Origin: Methanomassiliicoccaceae archaeon
GTDB lineage: Archaea; Thermoplasmatota; Thermoplasmata; Methanomassiliicoccales; Methanomassiliicoccaceae
DNA: 64,000 nucleotides
Assembly: GCA_963728405.1 (NCBI GenBank)
Contig: CAVSJV010000007.1
Location: forward strand, 32,001 to 96,000
Direction: 5' to 3'
The notes under the pieces were generated by a model that saw nothing but the letters and a program-made list of their open reading frames with translations, did no database searches and had not been told where the DNA came from. Positions 31,716 through 41,552 of the stretch are shown here, piece by piece (positions within the stretch are counted from its first letter, which is position 1; every line of letters begins with the position of its first letter). Position numbers and translations under genes: made by a program.

Positions 31716-32149
31716 TTCTTTTTTGATGAAGAAAGAAAAAAGAAAGGTCCCCCGTTCTCCCGTTCTTGGCCAATGGCTGGCTTATAGAACAGGTCGAGGC
31801 GCAGGAGAAAAATTACTTTTGGCAATCTGGAGTGAAGGGGGTCCCGAGGGCCCCCCAATTTATTCTATTATAATCTATTTGACACGTCTCATATATCAGG
31901 CCCGAGCCGGCCGTTAGGCAACCATTGGTGCAGGGAAGTCCCAGGCCGAAAGTCCCTTGCCTGCGCTTCTATCAGATGGTCGACCGATCATCATGAATCA
32001 AGGGACCGCCCTTGATGGGGCATGATCAACTTGACCTGGGGGCTCGTCGACAGAGATCCATCCCCACGTCTGATGCATTAGCCGATTGGTCATAGCGAAT
32101 GATACCTTGGCACGTTATTATGTTCGCTCAGGGCGTTAGGGGGACGGAC

Positions 32150-33037
32150 ATGGACGAGACGGACATTCTAATCACCAAGGAGCTAGCCATCGACCCCCGT
32201 CTACCGTACCGAGACCTCGCCGACCGTTTGTCGCTGTCCGTCAACGGTGTGCACAAGCGCATCCAGCAGCTGATATCCACGGGTGTCATCGCCGTTTCAG
32301 GGCCGGCCTGACCCCTCAAGTGACCGGCGGGGGTTTCCTGAACATCTACGGCCGGTCGCTCTCGACGAATCTGACCGCGACGATGGAACAGGTAGGCGGT
32401 CATCCCTGCACCTCCCGCATTATTGCGGCTGGTGGGCAGTTCCTGTATGTGGATGCTCAAGTTCGATCAAACGAGGAGGTGCAGGAGTACCAGGCGTTGG
32501 TCAGAGATGTCGGAAGGATCGACGACCTGAAGGCCATGGTCATTCTCATGCTCGGCCCGCCACCGGTCAAGGATCCTTTGTCTAAGCTGGACTACAGGAT
32601 TGTCAAGGCCCTATCGTGGGACTGCCGACGCCCTCTTCACGAGGTGGCCGAGGAAATTGGCTCCACCGCCAAGACCGTGAAGAGGCGGCTGGAAAACTTG
32701 GAGGCACAGAGGTGGATATGTTACGTACTTGACTGGGTGCCCTGTCATCGGGCGATTCATCTCTATCGTCCACGCCAGGGTGCGTGCCGATAGGTCAATG
32801 CAGGAGATCGCCCTAGCGATGAACAGAAAGGACCCGCACATCCTGGGCGTTGGCGCCTCGAACACCCAACCCAGCCTGATGATATTCTCCATGTGGGCCC
32901 GGGACCTCCGGGAGCTGAGGGTGGCGAGAATCCCTCAATACCGACGGCGACTTCGAGTCGCTGTACTCGAACCTGTTCTACGACATGAGGCTCTACCACG
33001 GTGGATGGACAAGCTCATCGCCGACCGGTCGAAGTGA
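32150..33037 (+). CDS. Tandem Lrp/AsnC-type HTH transcriptional regulator (frameshifted)
   Basis: [27 protein letters not shown]...VHKRI and a second [34 protein letters not shown]. Confidence 0.8.
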
Positions 33038-33186
33038 CTGGCTTCGTACCGCGTGACCCTTTTGTCCACCGGCGAGGGGACGAACTGGCGTTTTTCCATC
33101 AACGGACGACAGCTTCCTCATTTGGGCAGGGGACGCGGCCTCAAGACCTCCTCGGCGGTAAGTGCCACTATAGGAAGGTAGACAAG

Positions 33187-34120
33187 ATGGAAGCGATCAA
33201 TCATCGAGGGCCTGGTCAAGAAGTACGGACCGACCGTGGCAGTGGACCACGCCAACCTGCGGGTGGACGAGGGAATGTGTTCGGCCTGATCGGGCCGAAC
33301 GGCTCGGGCAAGTCGACCATCATCCGCTCGCTGCTCGGGCTCATCCCTCACGAGAGCGGGCGGGTCATGGTCTCTGGAGTGGACATGCTCAGGCCGACGC
33401 GCAGCGGAAGGTGCGGGTCGGCTATCTGCCTCAGCGGGCAGCGTTCCAGGAGTGGAGGACCGCGGAGCAGGCCCTCAACACGCTGGGGCGGTTATCGGGG
33501 TTGGAAGGAGAACGCCTTGAGCAGCGGGTGGACGAGGTGCTGGAGCAGCTGGGCATCGAGGAGTTCCGCTCAAAGAAGGTAGACAAGCTTTCAGGGGGAA
33601 CGCTACAGAAGCTGGGCTTCGCCCAGGCGATACTGCACGAGCCGACGGTACTCGTTCTCGACGAGCCCATGGCCGCCCTGGACCCGGCCAGCCGTTTCCT
33701 GTTCAAGAAGATCATCCGGGAGCCTGAGGGCGTCCGGGACGACCATCCTGTTCTCGTCCCACATCCTCTCGGGCGTCGAGGACCTGGCCGATATGGTCGG
33801 CCTCCTCCAGGGCGGGAAGGTCCGCTACTCCGGGCCGATCAAGGGCCTGGAGAAGATGGTCGCCATCCGCTCCGAGCTGGTGGTCGAGCTGATCGACGAC
33901 AGGGGCGAGTGGAGGTCGGTAAGCCTGCCCGGGGTCGATCTGCGGCAGCCCTCCGCCGGCCTCCTGGTGGCGCACGTCAGTGACCTGGAGAAGTGGGACA
34001 CTACCGTACCCAGGATCATCGAGGCGCTGATGAAGGCAGGGTGTCACATACGATCGTTCAACCGCCACGATCCCAAACTCGAGGACCTCTACATGGCCTA
34101 CGTGGGGATCGAACTGAGCC
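33187..34120 (+). CDS. ABC transporter ATP-binding protein (frameshifted)
   Basis: [18 protein letters not shown] across frames. Confidence 0.85.
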
Positions 34121-34763
34121 TCGGCCTCCTGATCAAGGATGAGATGAACGGCTTCTATCGCTCTAAGGTGATGGCGATCCTGTTTGTCGGACTGCCTCTC
34201 CTGGCAGTGCTGCTGTACTTCTTGTCGCCGGACCTCGGGAGCATGCCCCTGGGCGCGTTCACCGCGATGCTGGTGTCCTCGGTGGCCGGCCTGCTGGCCT
34301 CGACCACTCTGGCGGTCTCGATAATCAACGAGCGCTCCCAGGGCGCGTTCGACCTCTTCCTGGTGAGGCCGGTCAAACGGTCACACCTCCTGCTGGCGAA
34401 ATACCTGGCAGTAGTGGCCTGCGTGGTCATGGCGGCGGTGCTGGCGTTAGTGTTGGCGAACGGCTATGACTGGTACACAAGCGGTGCAATGGACCTGGGG
34501 CGCTGGTCGACCCGCTACTGGTCACCGTCACCATGGCATGCATCTCCTGCGCCGCGGCGGTGCTCTTCGGTACTCTGGTGAGGTCGGTGCTGGTGGGCGT
34601 CATTCTCACCATCTATGGTGGTAACCAGCTGTCCGCGGTGGTGGTGCTGCCGGCGCTGCAGAACATGCTGTCCCTGGAGACCACCGTGGTCATCGGGCTG
34701 GTGGTCGCCGCCGTCGTCCTGGGACTGGCAGTAGTGATCTTCGGCCGTAAGCTAAGCTCCTGA
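34115..34763 (+). CDS. ABC transporter permease (frameshifted)
   Basis: IINERSQG...FLVRPVKR..LLLAKY; multiple TM segments. Confidence 0.75.
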
Positions 34764-35156
34764 ACGCTTCGCCCCCGATGAGCCCTGGAAAGGGTGAGGG
34801 GGATGAAAAGAACTCCGCTGAGCTGGGTTCCACCTTGAAGAACCTGCAAAGGCCTCTTTCTCAAAGAGAGCACTGTTATCAAATCGTTCTTCCCTCGTTG
34901 AGAGTGGAATGAGTAAATTCATGGCTATCGATCACACTTGAAAATCCGGAGATGGTAGCTTATTCGCATACCCGATCGAGGACAATACGGGTCAGGACTG
35001 GAGAGAATGATGTTGCCGCCTCAATCTGTCACGAGGGATGACGTCTCTCGGTCGCCGATTCCGCCGGGAGGATCTCATCTCCGTTGTTGGTCGAAAAAGG
35101 AGTGGCCTAGAAGCACTGCGATCGTCGGGGATGGTCAAAAATTAGATAAAAGCTAA

Positions 35157-35232
35157 TGGTGGGTCTGTCCGGATTTGAACCGGAGTCACCAGCACCCCAA
35201 GCTGGAAGGATACCAAGCTACCCCACAGACCC
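35157..35232 (-). tRNA. tRNA-Pro(GGG), CCA encoded
   Basis: GGGTCTG acceptor stem, anticodon stem CCAGC/GCTGG with loop TTGGGGT, GGTTCAAATCC T-arm, ACCA end. Confidence 0.95.
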
Positions 35233-35269
35233 GTGGATAAAGGGGTTATACTGAAGAGGTTTAAAGCGT

Positions 35270-35461
35270 TTATCCCAGGGGGATGACCTCATCGATCAGG
35301 TCGGCGTGCGCCACGATCATGCGGCGGCAGCAGTAGCGCTGCAGGCCCAGATCGTCAAGGACCTGCTTCGGGTCCTCGCCCAGCTGTACACGCTTGATGT
35401 ACGTCTGGTAAACGCCTCCGACGACCTTGCCGCATGTGAAGCACCGAACTGGGATGATCAT
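35270..35461 (-). CDS. rpoN: RNA polymerase subunit N (Rpo10)
   Basis: [12 protein letters not shown]...RYCCRRM. Confidence 0.98.
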   Translation of the reverse strand: MIIPVRCFTCGKVVGGVYQTYIKRVQLGEDPKQVLDDLGLQRYCCRRMIVAHADLIDEVIPLG

Positions 35462-35466
35462 TCAAA

Positions 35467-35868
35467 TCACCGGTACGACTTCTGTCTCTTCTTCCGAGCG
35501 CCACGGCCCAGGGGCTTCTTGGGAAGCTTCCTGCGCGCATCGCTGATCAGCAGAGAGCGATCGTAGGTCTTGAACATTGTTGCCAGTTCCTCGTCCTTCA
35601 GGAACTCGACCAGGCCCTTGGCGATCGCAGTGCGCGTCGCCTCGGCCTGACCCATGAACCCGCCGCCTGCCACGTTGACGTGGACATCGACCTTGGTGGC
35701 CTTGTCCCCGGCGAGGGCCATAGGCTCCATGATCTTGAGGCGGGCGAGCTCGGGATTGTAGATCTCGATCGGGACGTTGTTGATCTTGACCTTGCCGGTG
35801 CCGACGCTGACGACGCACCTGGCCACGGCCTCCTTTCTCTTGCCGCTGGTGTTAACAACTTCTGCCAT
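35467..35868 (-). CDS. rps9: 30S ribosomal protein S9
   Basis: SGKRKEAVAR, GGGFMGQAEA, GARKKRQKSYR. Confidence 0.98.
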   Translation of the reverse strand: MAEVVNTSGKRKEAVARCVVSVGTGKVKINNVPIEIYNPELARLKIMEPMALAGDKATKVDVHVNVAGGGFMGQAEATRTAIAKGLVEFLKDEELATMFKTYDRSLLISDARRKLPKKPLGRGARKKRQKSYR

Positions 35869-35873
35869 ATGGT

Positions 35874-36293
35874 TCACCTCAACCTCGATCCGAGGTGCTC
35901 GGCGACCTCGCCCAGTGTGACGTACTTGTCCGTCCACAGGTTGGTGGCCGCTTCTACCTGCTCCATCTTGGCGGAGACGAGGTCCTTGGGTACTCCAACA
36001 TATACTGTCAGGTGCCGGTAGACCTCCCTGCCGTGGGAAGACTTGAAAGGGATCATCCCGCGGACGGTCCTCTTGAGTATGAGATCGGCCCTCTTGGGGA
36101 AGAACGGACCGTTGATCTGCTTACCGCGCTTGTACTTGGCGGTGTAGTTGTCGAAGATCACGTCCCGGTTCCCGGTGATGATGGCCTTCTCAGCATTGAC
36201 AACGATGACATCCTCGCCATTCAGTATGCGCTTGGCGATGTTGGTGCTCATGCGACCAAGGATGTGCTTCTCTGCGTTTATGACAACGACCAT
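35874..36293 (-). CDS. rpl13: 50S ribosomal protein L13
   Basis: ILGRMST, VVNAEKAIITG, KRTVRGMIP. Confidence 0.97.
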   Translation of the reverse strand: MVVVINAEKHILGRMSTNIAKRILNGEDVIVVNAEKAIITGNRDVIFDNYTAKYKRGKQINGPFFPKRADLILKRTVRGMIPFKSSHGREVYRHLTVYVGVPKDLVSAKMEQVEAATNLWTDKYVTLGEVAEHLGSRLR

Positions 36294-36298
36294 TCAGC

Positions 36299-36661
36299 TC
36301 ACCCCATGATCCTGACACCGGTGCCGGTCGGGTCCTTCTCGATCAGCTCGGTGATGGTCATCCTCTTTCCGCCGGCCTCTTCGATCGCCTTGGAGGCGGA
36401 CGCGGAGAATCTGAACGCTGCTACCGTGACCTTCTTCTTAAGGCTCCCGGCTCCCAGCACCTTGCCGGCGACAACGATGACGTCGCCCTCGTTCGCGTAC
36501 CGCTCCAGCCTGCTCAGGTTGACCTCGGCCCAGTTATTGCTGGGCTTTTCCAACCGTAGAGCAATGTCTCGCCAGATGGCGGTTTCCTGCTCCCGGGACT
36601 CCCTCTTCAGATCGGCGATGAGGGCCACCAGGTTAAGGTCCGTCTTGTGTGATGTTTTCAT
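36299..36661 (-). CDS. rpl18e: 50S ribosomal protein L18e
   Basis: IWRDIA, EVNLSRL, GKVLGAG, VAAFRFS. Confidence 0.97.
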   Translation of the reverse strand: MKTSHKTDLNLVALIADLKRESREQETAIWRDIALRLEKPSNNWAEVNLSRLERYANEGDVIVVAGKVLGAGSLKKKVTVAAFRFSASASKAIEEAGGKRMTITELIEKDPTGTGVRIMG

Positions 36662-36720
36662 TCTGACTCCCTCGACATTGAGTAGACGGCTCTAATAGAG
36701 AGCTATATTATATACTTTCC

Positions 36721-39700
36721 TCAGGGGCAAGCCTCCTCGCGGCGGTCGTTTGGGCTATCTGGCCGTGCTGAGGACGCGCCCTCCTCCTTGGCCGAAGGGG
36801 ACTCCTCGGAAGCGAGGGCGCCCTTCTCGCCCAGTTTGACGACGACGGCCTCGATCCGGGAGCGGAGAACAAGGGTCGGCCGCTTGTATCCCAGCAGGCC
36901 GGCCACCTTGGTCACCACCTCCTTCATGTTGGCGTCCTGGTCCTTCGGCACGCAGTACAGGACCAGGCCCTCGAGCTCCAGGTCGCAGACCTGATCGATG
37001 TCCCGGCGGTGCTCGTCGCTCCGGCGGACCGGGACCACGTCCTCGTCCGCCGCCCACAGGTAGTCCTCATCCACCCGGACGGCGTGGCCGTCCAGAGAGC
37101 CGATGGCCTGGACCAGCACCTTGTCGATGTTGCCCGGCCTCTTCCCCGTCGCGGCGGCGACCAGGTCCTTGACGCGGTCGCGGACGATGGCGATATGGAC
37201 GGGTCCTTCCATGCCGACGACCCGGACGACCGCCTCGGCCAACGCCTTCGACGGCTCGGAGCGGTATAGGGCGACGAGCGCTTCGTCCCTTAGGTCTGCC
37301 CTGCTATAGGGTATGCAATCTTCCTTGGGCTCGCCCATCTCGGGGACGGCGACGGTCGCGACCAGCACTTCTGCGGGCCGGTTCGCTACCTCGCGGGCGG
37401 CCTTCTCCGCTTCCTCCTCCCTTGCCTTGGCCACCGCGGCCATGATCCTTTCCACCTCGGCGTCCTTGTCCTTGATCCAGTCCTGGGACCATAGGCGGAG
37501 CAGCCTCCAGCCCAGGTTGGATAGCACCTCGACCTTCAGCCGCTCCCGGTCGCGGGCGCTGCCGGCCTTGCGGTAGGACGGCCCGTCGGTGAGGATGCCC
37601 AGCAGGTAGTTGCCGGGCCGGTCCGGGTCGACGATGGCCAGATCTACTCGGGCCAGCGACCGCCCCACCTTCTCTTCGACGACCAGGCCTTTCGATTCAA
37701 GCCAGGAACGGACCTCTTCCTCCGAGGGGATTGAGGTCCGAGGCCCGTCCACGGCCGCGTCAGTATCATGTTCTGCCGCTCGAGCGTACCGCATGTACGA
37801 GCGGAGCGCTTCCACGCCCGGCGTGGAGCCTTCCAGCTCCTCCGGCTGCAGCGAGGTGACCAACTTCACGTGCTCCCTAGCCCTGGTGATCGCCACGTTG
37901 AGACGCCTTTCCCCACCGGGCCGGTTCAGCGGCCCGAAGTTCTGGAACATCCGTCCCTTGGCGTCCTTGCCGTAGCCGATGGAGAAGAGCATCACATCCC
38001 TTTCGTCGCCCTGCACGTTCTCCAGGTTCTTGACGAAGAAGCCCTCTTCGGCGTCCTCGTTGAGCAAGGGTGCCAGCGACGGCAGCGTGGTGATGCGCCG
38101 CTCTAGCTCCTCGATGATGGCCATCTGCTGGGGCTCGCTGAACGCTACCACCCCCAGGCTCTTGTTGGAGTGGGAGAGCACATGCTCTACCACCAGGTCC
38201 GCGACCTTCTCTGCTTCCTTGGCGTTCTTCCTGGTCCTGGCCCGATCGTACCGTCCCTCGGGCACGTGCACGAACCCCACGCCCAGCCCGGGGCGGTCCA
38301 GCATGGCCGAAGGGAAGGTCAACAGCCGCCCGCCGTAGAACTGCTGGTTCGAGAACGCTATCAGGGACTCCTGCCGTGAGCGGTAGTGCCACAGCAGCAT
38401 GCGCTGGGGCATCGCCGATGAGCACTCGTCCAGGATACTTTCCAGGTCGGGCACGTCCTCTTCCTCGTCGTTGAGGTCGCGGAAGAAGTCCGTGGGCGGC
38501 AGCTGCTTGCTGTCACCGACGACGATCACTTGGCGCGCCCGCATGATCGGCCCGATGGCGTCCTCCGGTCGCACCTGGGACGCCTCGTCGAAGATGACCA
38601 GGTCAAACCTCGCCTTGGCGGGGTCGAGGTACGTCGACACTGACAAGGGGCTCATCAGCAGGCATGGTTTCAGCGTCTGGATCGGCTGCATGGCCTGGGA
38701 GAAAAGCTCCCGCAGCGGGCGCAGCTTGCGCTTCCTGCTCACTTCGTGCCGCAGGACCCACAGTCCGCTGCCCTGTTCCGGCGAGGATACCTCGCAGAGC
38801 TCTCTCCTTCTAGCGTCCAGGAGCGTTCGGGCCCTCGAAGGCGCCTGCTCGATGTGGCGGCAGTCCAACTCGGCGAAGTGAGCGATGCTGCGCTCCTGGG
38901 TCTCGCGGTCGAAGTCCCTCAGACGGCGGTCCCTGGACAGCAGGAGGTCGTGCCACAGCGTGAAGTAGCGCTTCCGCACGCCCTTCCACACATCCGTTGC
39001 CGGCAGCTGTCCCTGGGCCGATAGCATCAGCAGATCGGCCATCCCGCGCTCCGCCGCTTCCCTCCTGACCCGAGAGATCTCGGTCCACTCCTGGAACAGC
39101 GCGACGCTGTCCAGGTGCTCCTGGGCCCAGGTGGTCAGCTCGTCGAACGAGATCTCGTGCAGGGAGCGGCCGTGCGCGAGCCGGCCAAGCTCGAACAGAT
39201 TGCCGATCGAGGATAGGGCCCCCTCGAACCGCAGTGCCGCCCCCTCCACCACGTCCACGCGGGTCTTTAGCCCGGCCAGCTCGTCGGGGCCGCCGCACAG
39301 CAGTTCGATCAGGGATGGAGACGTCGGCTGGCCATACTTCTCGTAGTATAGCTTGGTCCACCTGATCGAGTTCCGCAGCTTGTCCCAGTCGGTGTTCTCG
39401 CCCCGGAAGTGCTGGCCCAGCACGGAGGAGCATTCCGCTTCCAGAGCGAGCAGGCGGTCGGCCAGCTCGGAGGTGCGGACGATCTCCTTCAGATCATCGG
39501 TCGCTTCCTCGAACGAGACCTTCCTCTCGTTCCTGGCGAGGGAGCGGAGCTTGCCCATGTCGCTGCGGTAGTGCAGGCTGAGCAGGCGCTTGGTCACGTG
39601 GTGATAGTCGTCCTGGAACCGCCGCTGCATCGAACGGAGGTCCAGAGCGAGCACGTCCTCATGATACATCTGGCGAAGCCAGCTCATGCGGGCCCCGAAC

Positions 39701-41367
39701 TCCAGATAGCTACTGCGCATGTCCTCGACCAGCCGGATGAGTCGGGAAGGGTCGGACTCCAGCCATTCCGGCCGCGGGTACGGGGTCAGGTTGACGGTCC
39801 GCAGATGGTTGATCAGGTCGGCCGTTCCCTTCAGGTCCGTGGGGGCGGCAAGCCCGTAATCTTGGTATAGCGGTCCGAGCACTTCTGCCAGCCTGATCTT
39901 GGCCAACTTCAATGTGGACAGCCGATGAACGATCTCTGATTGGGCGCTCAGCTTCCACGAGTCCAGAAGACAGTCGGACCAGGGGTGCGTCTCACTACCC
40001 ACCAGAACGGAGGCGTAGCCTTCCACGTCCTTGACCAGCGGCTCCAGCGGCTCCAGGTCCCGCTTCGACATTCGTTCCAGGTTCGGGAACGTGAGCGGCA
40101 CTTCAGGCGCCGAGCGCAGCAGCGTCAGCTCCGACAACAGCTCATGAAAGCTCATCCCCAGTCCATCGCGCACCTGATGCAGCGCGTCCACATAGCCGTC
40201 CAGCGACGCCCTCGCCCGGTCCAGCTCCTCCCGGTCCGACGGCAGCGCTTCCGTCGGAGCGGGCGCGGACAAGCAGCGGGAAAGCTCTTCGACGACCTCC
40301 TGCCGCCCCCGGTCATGGTTGTGCAGCTCCAAGCAGTAATCGCCCAGACCGCGGGCCTCCAGACGCTTCTTGACCACATCGAGCGCGGCCATCTTCTCGG
40401 AGACGAACAGCACCGTCCGGCCGCTCGCCAGCGTCTCGGACACGATGTTGGCGATGGTCTGGCTCTTCCCGGTCCCGGGCGGCCCCTGCAGCACGAAACT
40501 GGTCCCGCTCAGTGCCAGGGCGATGGCCTCCTGTTGGCTGGAGTCAGCGTCCAGCACCTGGAAGTCTGGCCGGGTGGCGTCCCCGTCCAGGGACACTGGA
40601 GAGGTAAGCTCGCCCTTGGCGGCCGGCTCCCCGGCCAAAGCTCTTACCACGGGGTGGGCGGAGGCGAGGTCCTTGAACTGCCCCAGCTCGTCGTACATGC
40701 ACATCTTGGGGAACTTGAACAGGCCGAGGTAGGCGGCATCATTGACCTCCCATCCGAGCCGCGCGAAGGTCAGCCGCACGCTGTCCAGGTACGCGGCGAG
40801 CTCGAAGTTCTCCTCCGGCAACGCCGGCAACGTGAGTGACAGTTCCGACCTCAGCTTATGGGCCAGGGTCGGATTGACCGCGATCTCCTCTCCGGACTGC
40901 TTGAGCACGTAGGGGTCCAGGGGGCCGGAGCGGCTCAGCTCCACCGGAACGAGCAGGAGGGGCGATCGGACCTTCTCGCCCTGGGTGCTCTCCGAGGACC
41001 ACTCCAGGACGCCGATCGTTAGAAATAGGATGTTGACGCCCTGCTCTCGCATGGCCTCGCGGGCCTTGGTGCGCATGACCATCAGTGAGCGGTCGCCCTT
41101 GCCCTTTTCGACGTTCGAGAGGACCTTTCTCATCTCGCCCTTGGGGGCGATGGTCGCCTCGCCTTCCGGACCGAGCTCGACCTCGAACGACAGCTTGCGC
41201 TCGACGACCTGACGAAATATCTCCGGCGGCCCCGGGGACGACAGACGGAGGCAACCCAGGCGACTCTCTTTGATATCGAGGAGCCGGTTCCTTAGGCTGG
41301 TATCCACCAGATTCTTTCTCCATCTCTCGATACGTACGTCTACAGAATCTACTTTCAGAGTGCTCAT
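36721..41367 (-). CDS. DUF4011 / SF1 (Upf1-like) helicase / Vsr-like nuclease / DUF3320-like protein (Hhe-like defence protein)
   Basis: W...L.D.SLRNRLL (DUF4011), QGPPGTGKS, FDEASQ, VGDSKQLPP, HYRS, ENVQGDE, RRLNVAITRA, ARDRER...LGW...RLWS.DW. Confidence 0.88.
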   Translation of the reverse strand: MSTLKVDSVDVRIERWRKNLVDTSLRNRLLDIKESRLGCLRLSSPGPPEIFRQVVERKLSFEVELGPEGEATIAPKGEMRKVLSNVEKGKGDRSLMVMRTKAREAMREQGVNILFLTIGVLEWSSESTQGEKVRSPLLLVPVELSRSGPLDPYVLKQSGEEIAVNPTLAHKLRSELSLTLPALPEENFELAAYLDSVRLTFARLGWEVNDAAYLGLFKFPKMCMYDELGQFKDLASAHPVVRALAGEPAAKGELTSPVSLDGDATRPDFQVLDADSSQQEAIALALSGTSFVLQGPPGTGKSQTIANIVSETLASGRTVLFVSEKMAALDVVKKRLEARGLGDYCLELHNHDRGRQEVVEELSRCLSAPAPTEALPSDREELDRARASLDGYVDALHQVRDGLGMSFHELLSELTLLRSAPEVPLTFPNLERMSKRDLEPLEPLVKDVEGYASVLVGSETHPWSDCLLDSWKLSAQSEIVHRLSTLKLAKIRLAEVLGPLYQDYGLAAPTDLKGTADLINHLRTVNLTPYPRPEWLESDPSRLIRLVEDMRSSYLEFGARMSWLRQMYHEDVLALDLRSMQRRFQDDYHHVTKRLLSLHYRSDMGKLRSLARNERKVSFEEATDDLKEIVRTSELADRLLALEAECSSVLGQHFRGENTDWDKLRNSIRWTKLYYEKYGQPTSPSLIELLCGGPDELAGLKTRVDVVEGAALRFEGALSSIGNLFELGRLAHGRSLHEISFDELTTWAQEHLDSVALFQEWTEISRVRREAAERGMADLLMLSAQGQLPATDVWKGVRKRYFTLWHDLLLSRDRRLRDFDRETQERSIAHFAELDCRHIEQAPSRARTLLDARRRELCEVSSPEQGSGLWVLRHEVSRKRKLRPLRELFSQAMQPIQTLKPCLLMSPLSVSTYLDPAKARFDLVIFDEASQVRPEDAIGPIMRARQVIVVGDSKQLPPTDFFRDLNDEEEDVPDLESILDECSSAMPQRMLLWHYRSRQESLIAFSNQQFYGGRLLTFPSAMLDRPGLGVGFVHVPEGRYDRARTRKNAKEAEKVADLVVEHVLSHSNKSLGVVAFSEPQQMAIIEELERRITTLPSLAPLLNEDAEEGFFVKNLENVQGDERDVMLFSIGYGKDAKGRMFQNFGPLNRPGGERRLNVAITRAREHVKLVTSLQPEELEGSTPGVEALRSYMRYARAAEHDTDAAVDGPRTSIPSEEEVRSWLESKGLVVEEKVGRSLARVDLAIVDPDRPGNYLLGILTDGPSYRKAGSARDRERLKVEVLSNLGWRLLRLWSQDWIKDKDAEVERIMAAVAKAREEEAEKAAREVANRPAEVLVATVAVPEMGEPKEDCIPYSRADLRDEALVALYRSEPSKALAEAVVRVVGMEGPVHIAIVRDRVKDLVAAATGKRPGNIDKVLVQAIGSLDGHAVRVDEDYLWAADEDVVPVRRSDEHRRDIDQVCDLELEGLVLYCVPKDQDANMKEVVTKVAGLLGYKRPTLVLRSRIEAVVVKLGEKGALASEESPSAKEEGASSARPDSPNDRREEACP

Positions 41368-41552
41368 CCCAACCGCTCATGCTCACGGGGTCATGTTAAA
41401 AAATGGTTCGCATGTCAGTTAGCTCTCCAAGAATGATAACACTACGCTAGCCACAGCAGTCCAGATAGGTAAAACCATTAGCAGCAATTATATATACCCT
41501 CCTTCATAATCAGTAAGGCTTTAGGGGAACTTAGGATAGTATTGGTGTTATT

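Noticed and set aside
33793-34581. Apparent fusion of ABC ATPase C-terminus and permease
   Set aside because: The cluster has several indels, and separate ATPase and permease genes are the simpler explanation.
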